A stretch of 48,430 nt of DNA, from the IMG/VR virus record IMGVR_UViG_3300042474_001151, positions 1-48,430 of that record. The stretch is one strand, 5' to 3'. Made by a program: the position numbers and the translations under genes. Under the pieces are notes generated by a model, which saw only the letters and a program-made list of their open reading frames with translations, searched no databases and was not told the DNA's origin. Of this stretch, positions 22,978 to 31,917 are shown piece after piece (positions within the stretch are counted from its first letter, which is position 1; every line of letters starts with the position of its first letter). The stretch is from a virus (taxonomy: Duplodnaviria; Heunggongvirae; Uroviricota; Caudoviricetes).

Positions 22978-23637
22978 ATGTCACAACAAAAAAGAAAATT
23001 TAGATACATAAGGATTAATGGTAAGGTAATTCAAGACCCATTTGATGATGAGGATATGAGAAAACTTTTCATATCATTTGCGGAAAAAGTATTGGGATTT
23101 AAATTCATTAGCGGTACCAAATATGGTATTGATTTAGTATGTGTAGACGACCCATCATGGGGTGCTGAAGGTGAAAATGGTTCATTTCAGGGAGATAGAT
23201 GGGCAGGTAATCAACAAGATATTTTTAATCTCGGATTTGCAGGTCTTAATATGCAAAATTGGAAATGGTTTTATTTTGGGTTGGGTGAATTATCTGAAAG
23301 AAATACTGGCAAATGGTTGACATCACATCCAGGTCATGATAAAAATATATATTTTAGAGTTAATGCACAATTTGACCAAATTTGTATGGTAGATGCTCAA
23401 ACAATAAAAGACTTTAATAAAATCAAATTTGTTTTTAATAGAAAAGTTAGTAATAGTGATGATCCAGAAGATTGGATTGTGATACCAAAAGAGTTTGTAC
23501 GTACATTTAATAAACAACCTAATGGTGAATGGTTAGAAAATGGACCATATTGTGGACCAACACAAAAAGAATTAGAAGATATGGAAAAAGAATATAATCA
23601 ACAAAGAGTAAGAGAAGTTATGTTTGCAAATAAATAA
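22978..23637 (+). CDS. Hypothetical protein, possible divergent PD-(D/E)XK-fold nuclease
   Basis: KYGIDL...WGAEGE resembles the D...ExE/K core. ATG 22978 directly follows the previous stop codon. Confidence 0.45.
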   Translation: MSQQKRKFRYIRINGKVIQDPFDDEDMRKLFISFAEKVLGFKFISGTKYGIDLVCVDDPSWGAEGENGSFQGDRWAGNQQDIFNLGFAGLNMQNWKWFYFGLGELSERNTGKWLTSHPGHDKNIYFRVNAQFDQICMVDAQTIKDFNKIKFVFNRKVSNSDDPEDWIVIPKEFVRTFNKQPNGEWLENGPYCGPTQKELEDMEKEYNQQRVREVMFANK

Positions 23638-23644
23638 TTAATTA

Positions 23645-25978
23645 ATGAATCCATTTATAAAAGTAACATGGCAAGACGTTCCTGAAAATTTCACACCCGA
23701 AAAAATTAGGAGAGTAAAGTCATACTTTCAGGAGAAGTATAGTTCCAAGAATGTACAAGTAATTACAAAGACACTATCAAATGTAAATGAAACTCGTTTA
23801 GAGTCTTTGGAGGCTTCCGATAGTATTTTGGATCATCAGTATCAAAAGAAATTAATGAAAGATTTCATTAAGGATAATTCTATTGATATTAAATGGGAAT
23901 TGGTTGATAGATTAGATAATAAAGTAAACACACAAATAGATAAATTAAATGAAAACAAAGTTAGATACAATAAATGGTTCATTAAGAGAGTCGAGTTTTC
24001 TAATTTTTTATCTTTTGGTGATTCTAATGTCATTGACTTCACAGGTCTCGACGGTATTACGGTAATTGAATCTACACCTAAAAACTTTGGGGGTAAATCA
24101 ACATCATCTGTTGACTTATTAATGTTTCTTTTTTTTAACTCAACAACTAAAACCAAAACCAATGGTGAAATCTTTAATAGATTCACAGATAAGGATGAAG
24201 TTAGTGTTCGAGGTGAAATAACAATTGACGGAGATGATTATGTTATCGAAAGAAAAACATTAAGAAAGAAATCAAAGTCGGGTGAATACACCGTTACCAA
24301 TAAACTTGAGTTCTACAAGAGGAAAGAAGATGGTGAAATTGAAAATCTTTCAGGTGAACAAAGAAGAGAAACAGAATCGTTTATTGCGTCAGCAATTGGA
24401 ACTGAAGAAGACTTCCTATCAACCATTTTAACAACTGGTTATAATTTAGAAGAACTTATTGAATCCAAACCAACTGCTAGAGGTCAAATCCTTACTAAAT
24501 TTTTAGGTTTAGAGAGTTTAAAGGCAAAGGAAGAAATTGCAAAAGAAATTTATAACGATTGGAGTAAGAAGTTAGTATCTAACACATATAACAAAGTAAC
24601 TTTAGAATTAGAAATAACCAATCATAAAGAAAGTCTTGATAATTCTGAAAGTGAAATTGTGAGACTAACAAAAGAGTTAGGTAAATTTCAAAAGGAATTA
24701 GAAAAGTTAGAAGGTAAAAGAGATGAGGTTTTCTTAAAGAGAAATAATGATGTTGATAGAGAACTAATTAACACAAACCCGACGTTACTACAAAGAGAGA
24801 TTAATGATTTAACAACACAACGAAACACAAGTCAAACCAACGTTGATAGTGTTAATGTAATAGAACCTTCTAAATTCTATCATGAGGACCAACACAAAGA
24901 GTTAAGAGGTGAGATGGCTAATCTTCAAGGAATTGATGTTGCATGTAAATATGAAAAAGGTGATAGAGAAAAATTAATAAAGAAATTTGAAGAAGGAACC
25001 GTTTGTCCAACCTGTAATAGAGCTTTAGATGAGGTGGACCACACAGACGAAATTGAAAAGATTAAAAAAGAAATAGAAGATATTATTAAGGATATGGAAT
25101 TAAATCAAATTCAATTTGATTTATTAAAAGAACAAGAGAAAGCATTTGAAACATTAAAAACCGAATTTGAAACTTACGAAAGAAATAAACTTCGTAAAGC
25201 TCGTTATGAGTTGGAGGTTGAACAAAAACAACATGAGATTGATGTTAAACAGGCGAGATTAGATAATTACGAAAGTAATAAAAAGAAACTTGAGGAAAAT
25301 CAAAAGATTGATGCTGAAGTAATTGCACTTAAAACTAAAATTGAAACAGCAAATGGAGATATTAGACAAACGAATACCAATATCGAAAAACATACTAACA
25401 ACATTACTAACATGAATGAGAAGATTGGTATCAATGAGGAGTTAATTAAAAAAATTACATCAGAGGAAGAATTGTCTGCGGTGTTTAAAATTTACTTAAC
25501 TGTTTATGGTAAGAATGGTATTTCTAAAATTATTCTTAAGAATATGATTCCATTAATCAATCAGGAGTTATATCGTTTGTTGGTGGATAGTTGTCATTTC
25601 ATTTTAGAGATGAATATAAACGATAAAAACGAGGTTGAATTTATTATGATAGATACTGAGACACGTATCGTAAAACCTCTTAATGCGGGTTCTGGTTACG
25701 AAAGAACCATATCCTCATTAGCACTTCGTAGTGTATTAACAAAGATATCGTCATTACCTAAACCTAACATCGTAGTTATGGATGAGGTATTCGGTAAAAT
25801 TGCAGACGAGAACTTGGAAATGGTAGGAGAGTTTTTTAAGAAAATTAAAAACTACTTTGACCATATACTTGTTATATCACATAATTCTTTGATACGTAAC
25901 TGGTCAGATAACATTGTTATGATTAAAAAAGAAGAGAACGTCTCCTCAATAGATTTTATTACAACAAAAATTTCTTAA
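23645..25978 (+). CDS. sbcC: SbcC/Rad50-like SMC ATPase with about 110-aa N-terminal extension
   Basis: FSNFLSFG, Walker A NFGGKST, coiled coils, zinc hook CPTC, signature GSGYE, Walker B VVMDE, ISHN. Confidence 0.92.
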   Translation: MNPFIKVTWQDVPENFTPEKIRRVKSYFQEKYSSKNVQVITKTLSNVNETRLESLEASDSILDHQYQKKLMKDFIKDNSIDIKWELVDRLDNKVNTQIDKLNENKVRYNKWFIKRVEFSNFLSFGDSNVIDFTGLDGITVIESTPKNFGGKSTSSVDLLMFLFFNSTTKTKTNGEIFNRFTDKDEVSVRGEITIDGDDYVIERKTLRKKSKSGEYTVTNKLEFYKRKEDGEIENLSGEQRRETESFIASAIGTEEDFLSTILTTGYNLEELIESKPTARGQILTKFLGLESLKAKEEIAKEIYNDWSKKLVSNTYNKVTLELEITNHKESLDNSESEIVRLTKELGKFQKELEKLEGKRDEVFLKRNNDVDRELINTNPTLLQREINDLTTQRNTSQTNVDSVNVIEPSKFYHEDQHKELRGEMANLQGIDVACKYEKGDREKLIKKFEEGTVCPTCNRALDEVDHTDEIEKIKKEIEDIIKDMELNQIQFDLLKEQEKAFETLKTEFETYERNKLRKARYELEVEQKQHEIDVKQARLDNYESNKKKLEENQKIDAEVIALKTKIETANGDIRQTNTNIEKHTNNITNMNEKIGINEELIKKITSEEELSAVFKIYLTVYGKNGISKIILKNMIPLINQELYRLLVDSCHFILEMNINDKNEVEFIMIDTETRIVKPLNAGSGYERTISSLALRSVLTKISSLPKPNIVVMDEVFGKIADENLEMVGEFFKKIKNYFDHILVISHNSLIRNWSDNIVMIKKEENVSSIDFITTKIS

Positions 25979-26781
25979 CGAATGTGGCTTGAAACAATTT
26001 TCAGGCCACGTTCAATTACATTTAATGTATTCTCACAATCAACTAATGCATCGTGAGACTTACCTAACAATGTAGCTTTCTCCGCCGGGTCTGAAAAAAA
26101 TCCATTAATAAGACTACCCATTGCACTTGATTTTTTTCCTGTTCTTGCACTCGACGCAAACTTATCATTTATTGATTTAAAATGTTCATTTTCAGTTGAT
26201 AGTGATTCTAATGCTGGAAAGAATACTTTATTGAAAAAACTGATGGTGTCAAATACTTCTCTGTCTTTAGTTTTAAAAATTTCATGAACTTGAATCATAC
26301 TCAAGTCAAATGGTGCGTTATGTGCCATTAAAACTACGTTACTATGTTTGTCTAAAAATGAATCAAATCTCTCTAAGGATTCTCTTTCATCTTCAAAATT
26401 GTCTGAATTGGCTAAATCGTAATGATTGTATTTTAATACAGCCTTTACGTTTGCACCCTTCAATTGTGATTGGAATTCAGGACTATCCTTATCGTCTGGA
26501 ACATCTTCGGATTTATCGAGAATATCTTTGATGTAATCATTAAGTTTTATCTTTTCATGAAATCTATCAATTTCAATAAATTTAAGTTGTCTTAAATCAA
26601 ATTTGGCCGCAATTGCTGCTAACTGAGTAATTTGATCGGTTCTGTCACGATCGTTTAAACCAGTGGTTTCCGTGTCAAACATAACAAATGTGGAATTTTT
26701 ACGTTGTAAAAACCATCTTAATAGATTAGTACTAGGTATTTCCAAATTACCTTCTTTAATAATATTAGTCATTTTAATCAT
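25975..26781 (-). CDS. DEDDh 3'-5' exonuclease (DnaQ/epsilon-like) with N-terminal MIKMTNIIKE leader
   Basis: FDTETTG (Exo I), AHNAPFD (Exo II), HDALVD (Exo III). Confidence 0.88.
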   Translation of the reverse strand: MIKMTNIIKEGNLEIPSTNLLRWFLQRKNSTFVMFDTETTGLNDRDRTDQITQLAAIAAKFDLRQLKFIEIDRFHEKIKLNDYIKDILDKSEDVPDDKDSPEFQSQLKGANVKAVLKYNHYDLANSDNFEDERESLERFDSFLDKHSNVVLMAHNAPFDLSMIQVHEIFKTKDREVFDTISFFNKVFFPALESLSTENEHFKSINDKFASSARTGKKSSAMGSLINGFFSDPAEKATLLGKSHDALVDCENTLNVIERGLKIVSSHIR

Positions 26782-26785
26782 GTTA

Positions 26786-26792
26786 ATAAATA
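26786..26792 (-). promoter_or_regulatory. TATTTAT late-type promoter motif
   Basis: 4 nt before the minus-strand ATG at 26781. Confidence 0.6.
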
Positions 26793-26830
26793 TTTGACAA
26801 ATATAGTTTTTTTATTCTGAATAAATTGTC

Positions 26831-26838
26831 TATATTTG
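26831..26838 (+). promoter_or_regulatory. Bacteroidota-type -7 element TAnnTTTG (TATATTTG)
   Basis: Exact consensus upstream of clpP. Confidence 0.65.
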
Positions 26839-26859
26839 TAGTACTTAAACAAAACATAT

Positions 26860-27534
26860 ATGACACCAAAAGATTATCAAAATTTTGGTCTTTACGCTAA
26901 AGACCGTGGATTAAGTTCACTAGACTTATTTCGTTACAACCAAAGAGTAGAGGACAGTTTAACCCCTTATATTTTAGAGGAGAGACAAATGAATGTAACT
27001 GTTATGGACGTGTTCTCACGTTTAATGATGGAACGTATTATTTGGGTGGCAGGTGAGGTAAATGACCACATGTCAACCATTGTTCAGGCTCAATTGATGT
27101 TCTTGGATAGTATCGATAATACAGATGTAACTATGCATATTGATAGTCCTGGTGGGTCCGTTAAGTCGGGTTTATCCATGGTAGACGTGATGGATTATAT
27201 CAATTCCGACATTCGTACCATTAACACGGGTATGGCCGCTTCAATGGGTTCAGTCCTACTTGGAGCAGGTACAAAGGGTAAACGTGGTTCCTTGAGGTTC
27301 TCACGTACCATGTTACACCAATCATCGGGAGGTGCAGGTGGTAATATCCAAGACGCTCGAATTACAATGGTAGAATGGGAGAAATTGAATGATACCCTAT
27401 TTGAATTATTAGGGGGTTATTGTGGGAAAACCGCAGAACAGGTGAAAACCGACGCATCGAGAGATTTATGGTTATCCTCCGAGGATGCATTATCCTACGG
27501 TATAATAGATGAGATAGTAAAGAAAAAGAAATAA
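26860..27534 (+). CDS. clpP: ATP-dependent Clp protease proteolytic subunit
   Basis: DVFSRLMMERII, IDSPGG, AASMG (catalytic Ser), MLHQ (His), RD (Asp), YGIIDEI. Confidence 0.97.
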   Translation: MTPKDYQNFGLYAKDRGLSSLDLFRYNQRVEDSLTPYILEERQMNVTVMDVFSRLMMERIIWVAGEVNDHMSTIVQAQLMFLDSIDNTDVTMHIDSPGGSVKSGLSMVDVMDYINSDIRTINTGMAASMGSVLLGAGTKGKRGSLRFSRTMLHQSSGGAGGNIQDARITMVEWEKLNDTLFELLGGYCGKTAEQVKTDASRDLWLSSEDALSYGIIDEIVKKKK

Positions 27535-27537
27535 GGA

Positions 27538-27562
27538 AAAGGGGACGAAAGTCCCCTTTCTT
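27538..27562. terminator. Intrinsic terminator, probably bidirectional
   Basis: AAAGGGGAC-GAAA-GTCCCCTTT just after the clpP stop. Confidence 0.85.
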
Positions 27563-27564
27563 CA

Positions 27565-27572
27565 TATTTATA
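27565..27572 (+). promoter_or_regulatory. TATTTATA late-type promoter motif
   Basis: Directly after the clpP terminator and before the lysis-like genes. Confidence 0.65.
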
Positions 27573-27586
27573 ATAAAACATATAAT

Positions 27587-27922
27587 ATGAAGATTGATAA
27601 AACAAACATCCTATTAGTTTTGATTGCTTGTTTAGCCGCTTATACCATATTTCAAAATCAAGGTATAAAAACTGACGTTGCGGGATATAATGCTAAAATC
27701 GAATCCTTACAAAAAGAGATAGATTCGGTTTATATTGCAAATAAAGAAATAGACAATCAAATCGAAAAGGTTGATAATCACATTGTTAATGTTGATAAAG
27801 AAATCGACAATGTAACAAAAAACATAACTATTATTAAAAACAACACAGATGAAAAAGTTAATTCTATTACCACTATTGGTAATGTTGAGCTTGAGCAGTT
27901 ATTCGCAAACAGATACAACTAA
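27587..27922 (+). CDS. N-terminal TM + coiled-coil protein (i-spanin-like candidate)
   Basis: Hydrophobic aa 8-22 followed by a heptad coiled coil; overlaps the next gene by 74 nt; late-type motif upstream. Confidence 0.5.
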   Translation: MKIDKTNILLVLIACLAAYTIFQNQGIKTDVAGYNAKIESLQKEIDSVYIANKEIDNQIEKVDNHIVNVDKEIDNVTKNITIIKNNTDEKVNSITTIGNVELEQLFANRYN

Positions 27923-28274
27923 TGTTATAGTATTAGATACTACTAAAGTCATTTTACCAACAAAAGTTGCAAGATTGGCTTTTCAAGATTTACTTCGTTA
28001 TGACGGAGCAAAATTAGAGATTGTTGAATTAAAAAACGTTATTGGTTTAAAAGACCAACAAATTAATTTATTCAAACAAAAAGACACACTTAAAGACCAA
28101 AAGATTTCTAATCTTGAATTTATTATTACTAAAAAAGATGAACAATTTAGTTTAGAAAGACAAAAATCTGAAAGTTTATTAAAAGAATTGAAAGGACAAA
28201 GAACTAAAACTTTCTTTTATAAAATTGGTTCGTTTGTCGGGGTGATTGCAACATCCATACTTTTATTAAAATAA
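27849..28274 (+). CDS. Secreted coiled-coil protein with C-terminal hydrophobic anchor (spanin-like candidate)
   Basis: Signal peptide MKKLILLPLLVMLSLSSYS|Q with Gln at +1 (Bacteroidota Q-rule); C-terminal TM segment. Confidence 0.55.
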   Translation: MKKLILLPLLVMLSLSSYSQTDTTNVIVLDTTKVILPTKVARLAFQDLLRYDGAKLEIVELKNVIGLKDQQINLFKQKDTLKDQKISNLEFIITKKDEQFSLERQKSESLLKELKGQRTKTFFYKIGSFVGVIATSILLLK

Positions 28275-28925
28275 ATGAAAAAAATATTCAACATACCAAA
28301 CATAATAATTCTATTACTATTATTAATAGCAATTATTGAATTTATTAACCCAAAAGGTATAATGCCGAACAGAACAACAGTAAAGGTGGATTCAATACCT
28401 TATGCTGTTCACGATACCGTTTTGGTTGATTCGTTGGTTGAGGTTGGAGTGGAGGTTGAAGTTCCCGTACCATATGAGGTAGAAAAAAGAGTTGAGATTC
28501 CTGTTTATCAGACGATAGACACTATGGAAATATTAAAAGTACATTTTGCGAAAGTACAACACAAAGAAGTATTAACGTTACCAAATAATCAAGGAACGGT
28601 TACACTTATAGATACCATATCTAAGAATAGTATTGTTAATAGAAAGTTCATTGCAGATGTTAAACGTATGATTGTTACAGATACCGTCTACACACAAATA
28701 CCAAGAAAAACCGAGGCTTATTTAGGTATTGATGCTAAATTCGATAAACCTAATGTTGTTAATATTATAGGTGTGAGTATGTTATTTAAAAATAAAGATG
28801 ACAATCATATGTATAGATTGGGAGTTGGTGTTACAAATAGAATAGATGACCAAGGAACTACCGGTAGTTTAACACCATTTATCGGTGGAGGAGTTTATTG
28901 GAAATTAAAGTTTAAAAGAAACTAA
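28275..28925 (+). CDS. Membrane-anchored envelope protein with C-terminal amphipathic beta-strands (lysis/spanin-like candidate)
   Basis: N-terminal TM; DSI/DTV/DSL/DTM/DTI/DTV motifs; ends FIGGGVYWKLKF. Confidence 0.55.
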   Translation: MKKIFNIPNIIILLLLLIAIIEFINPKGIMPNRTTVKVDSIPYAVHDTVLVDSLVEVGVEVEVPVPYEVEKRVEIPVYQTIDTMEILKVHFAKVQHKEVLTLPNNQGTVTLIDTISKNSIVNRKFIADVKRMIVTDTVYTQIPRKTEAYLGIDAKFDKPNVVNIIGVSMLFKNKDDNHMYRLGVGVTNRIDDQGTTGSLTPFIGGGVYWKLKFKRN

Positions 28926-28932
28926 ATTTGAT

Positions 28933-29376
28933 ATGAAAACATTCATATTATTTATTTTTGGTATGTTTGAAGACCACGAAGATATTGAATATTTTTGTAA
29001 TGAGGTATTAACTGAGTTACCAACAATTAATTCCATAAGATTTGTTATAGAGAATTCCCAAAATGTAATTGTTATATTTGATTCTGATAAGGATTATAAG
29101 ACCATATCACAAGACCTGTACACAGTGTTAGTAAATGACAATGTTAAATTTTATTTTATATTTGATAGGGATAGTTTGGTTACCGCTCACATACCACAAC
29201 AAGTAAAGGATTTCATCTTTAAACCAAGTGGTACATCTACGATGATTAGGGTAGATTATGACAAGAACTCAAATCCAAGTATGGATTTAGACGAATTATT
29301 AGATAAAATCGAACAAATGGGGATTGAGAGTCTTACCCCCGAGGAAAAAAACTTCCTTGACAATTTTGCCAAGTAA
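28933..29376 (+). CDS. Hypothetical protein with C-terminal DUF6576-like helix pair
   Basis: LDELLDKIEQMGIESLTPEEKNFL. Confidence 0.65.
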   Translation: MKTFILFIFGMFEDHEDIEYFCNEVLTELPTINSIRFVIENSQNVIVIFDSDKDYKTISQDLYTVLVNDNVKFYFIFDRDSLVTAHIPQQVKDFIFKPSGTSTMIRVDYDKNSNPSMDLDELLDKIEQMGIESLTPEEKNFLDNFAK

Positions 29377-29395
29377 AAAAAATTACTTATCTTTA
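29365..29395 (+). promoter_or_regulatory. Bacteroidota-type promoter TTTG-N19-TATCTTTA
   Basis: Upstream of the sigma factor gene. Confidence 0.55.
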
Positions 29396-29430
29396 TCCTA
29401 CTATCACATCACTATTAAATTATTCATTTT

Positions 29431-30246
29431 ATGAAGAAATCTATTATCACTAATACTGAGGAAATCCAACAGTACATCAAAGACATTCGCAAAATTTCTG
29501 TAATTTCTCACGAAAGACAAGAAGAAATTTTTGATTTGTTAAAGGATAAAAAAATTAGCAAGGAAATAAAGTCAAAATTACACGAGGAATTAATTGTCGG
29601 TAATTTAAGATTTGTTATATCTGTTGCAAAAATGTATCAAAACCAAGGAATGGATATTATGGATTTAATATCTGAAGGTAATATTGGTTTAATGAAGGCA
29701 GCTGAAAGATTTGACCCAACAAGTGGATTAAAATTTATATCATATGCTGTGTGGTGGGTTAGACAATCCATTATGGCATCGTTAAATGAAAATGCTAGAA
29801 CAATTCGTTTACCATCAAACTTAATTCAGGAGGCACAAAAGGCAAAGAAACATGAAGTAAGTGATGAAGATAATTTTTTCATTGGAGGTGATGTTGAAGA
29901 AAAACCAATTTCAACTAATCTACCATATTGTGTTGGACTTTATAAAACAATCAATGAAGAGGGAGACCAATTAATTGACATGATTCCAAATAAAGAGGCT
30001 GAAAGTCCTGATGCGATTCTTAATTCTCCTGAAGAAATAAAGAAAAAAGTGGCATTAATGTTAAATGTTTTAGATGAGAGAGAAAAGATAATTATTGAAA
30101 AATATTATGGTTTGACAGGTATTGAATGTAATTTAGATGATTTAGGTGAAGAGTTTGGTTGTACTAAAGAACGTATAAGACAATTACGTGATAAGGCCAT
30201 TAAGAAGTTAAGAAATGAGAGTTTTGGTCTCCTAAACTATTTATAA
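29431..30246 (+). CDS. Sigma-70 family RNA polymerase sigma factor (RpoD-like, no region 1.1)
   Basis: NLRFVISVAK, DLISEGNIGLMKAAERFD, FISYAVWWVRQ, RTIRLP; region 4 HTH TKERIRQ. Confidence 0.95.
   Translation: MKKSIITNTEEIQQYIKDIRKISVISHERQEEIFDLLKDKKISKEIKSKLHEELIVGNLRFVISVAKMYQNQGMDIMDLISEGNIGLMKAAERFDPTSGLKFISYAVWWVRQSIMASLNENARTIRLPSNLIQEAQKAKKHEVSDEDNFFIGGDVEEKPISTNLPYCVGLYKTINEEGDQLIDMIPNKEAESPDAILNSPEEIKKKVALMLNVLDEREKIIIEKYYGLTGIECNLDDLGEEFGCTKERIRQLRDKAIKKLRNESFGLLNYL
30238..30245 (+). promoter_or_regulatory. TATTTATA late-type promoter motif
   Basis: Overlaps the sigma gene stop codon, 6 nt before ATG 30252. Confidence 0.6.
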
Positions 30247-30251
30247 TATAC

Positions 30252-31787
30252 ATGAATAACAATTGGTTAAAATACTTAGTAGGTATATCGGCAATATTAA
30301 TTGCCGGTACTGCCGCATATTTTTCAGTAACGGGATTAGGAGTTTTATTTAGTGGAGCTGCTATTGCAGTTATGGTTATGGCAGGTTCACTCGAATTTGC
30401 AAAACTTGTTACTGCAACTTATTTAAAACAAAAATGGGATGAAATAAAAGGATTTAATAAATGGTATTTATCATTTGCGGTTGCTGTTCTAATGTTAATA
30501 ACCTCAGCCGGAATCTTTGGTTACCTTTCAAACGCATTCCAACAACAAAACCTAAAACTTGACCAAGTAGAAAGAGAAATATCGGTTTATCAAAATCAAA
30601 TTACAAAAAATGATGGTGAAATAGCACGTTACACCACACAACTAACCAATCAACAAAATATTCGTAATTCACAAGAATCAAATTTATCCAAACAAATCGA
30701 TAAGGATAAATCAACCGCTAGAGTTACACAAATGATTCGTACCGCAGATAAAGAAATCAGTTCAATTTCTAACCGAATTGACGAACTAACAAGACAAAAT
30801 AATGTCGCATTAGATTCAATAAACTCGATTAAAAATAATAACATTAGTATTGAAAGAGAAGTTGGTGGATTTAGATTTGTGGCGGAATCGTTCGGTGTTG
30901 AATTAAACTCAGTAGTTAAATTTTTTATAATCTTAATTGTTATTGTATTTGACCCATTAGCAATTGCGTTAGTCATAGCATTTAATCAGTTAATGATGAA
31001 TAAAAGAAAAGAAGAGGATGAAGAAATTATATCTAAACCTGAAGAATTAAAAGATTTTATTGACGAAACGACAAGAGTACATCTATCAGAAAATGATTTA
31101 AAAATATTAGAAGAGGCGTTATTAAAACAAACGGAACCAAACGACGAACTAAAAAGGGCAGCAGAAGAATACAAGAGACGTGGAGAGTTATTGGCGGAGA
31201 TAATGAAGAATGACGAAGAATTGGGTTTATATAACGAACCGTTTGATAATCCAATGATTAAAGAATCTGAAATACTTACAAAAATGGATGAGGATTTAAA
31301 ATTACAAGAAGATGAATATGATGAAGAAATTTCAGATTGGGATGAAACTTTAATGGATGGTTTAGAGGATGAACCACCATTTTTTACCGAAGAAGAAATT
31401 GAGAAAATTTTACAAGAAGAGCCAACAGAAGAAGAAATAAATGAAAATTTTTCCACTATAGAACCAAATCATGAGAATATTTTCCAAGATGACATTTATT
31501 TGACAGAAGCAATTTTGGAATTTAATCAACAATCAATGGAGGAGGAATTAGATGAATTTGTTCCCGAACTACCCGTAACACTCGAAGATGAACAAACCTT
31601 TGGTTTAGATATTAAACAACTAAACGAAACATTGGAAGAAGTCAATAAGGAAATTGATAGTAAAATTGAAGAGACATCACCAACAGAGAGTGATGAAAAA
31701 AAAAATATTGATACCCGAAAATTCGAAATCAATAGAAGTAGTAGAAGAAGAGGAACCTCAGGACTCAAAGTTACTAGAATCTCCTAA
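30252..31787 (+). CDS. Multi-pass membrane protein (DUF4407-like TM/coiled-coil/TM) with long acidic tail; C-terminus possibly alternative via A10 slippage to stop at 31908
   Basis: Three N-terminal TMs, coiled coil, IVFDPLAIAL TM, Glu/Asp-rich tail; A10 run at 31696-31705. Confidence 0.75.
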   Translation: MNNNWLKYLVGISAILIAGTAAYFSVTGLGVLFSGAAIAVMVMAGSLEFAKLVTATYLKQKWDEIKGFNKWYLSFAVAVLMLITSAGIFGYLSNAFQQQNLKLDQVEREISVYQNQITKNDGEIARYTTQLTNQQNIRNSQESNLSKQIDKDKSTARVTQMIRTADKEISSISNRIDELTRQNNVALDSINSIKNNNISIEREVGGFRFVAESFGVELNSVVKFFIILIVIVFDPLAIALVIAFNQLMMNKRKEEDEEIISKPEELKDFIDETTRVHLSENDLKILEEALLKQTEPNDELKRAAEEYKRRGELLAEIMKNDEELGLYNEPFDNPMIKESEILTKMDEDLKLQEDEYDEEISDWDETLMDGLEDEPPFFTEEEIEKILQEEPTEEEINENFSTIEPNHENIFQDDIYLTEAILEFNQQSMEEELDEFVPELPVTLEDEQTFGLDIKQLNETLEEVNKEIDSKIEETSPTESDEKKNIDTRKFEINRSSRRRGTSGLKVTRIS

Positions 31788-31908
31788 AGATTCAAATGAA
31801 CCCCTTTATTGGGAAAAAGATGACACTAACCCAAATCAAGTGATTTACGATTTGGATAAAGATGTGGTAATAATACCACAATCCGAGGATGAAATAACTA
31901 ATGATTAA
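31693..31908 (+). CDS. Acidic +1-frame ORF, probably the alternative or true C-terminus of the 30252 gene
   Basis: KKILIPENSKSIEVVEEEEPQD...EDEITND matches the acidic composition of the upstream tail and ends 9 nt before the next gene. Confidence 0.5.
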   Translation: MKKKILIPENSKSIEVVEEEEPQDSKLLESPKDSNEPLYWEKDDTNPNQVIYDLDKDVVIIPQSEDEITND

Positions 31909-31917
31909 TTAATTTAA

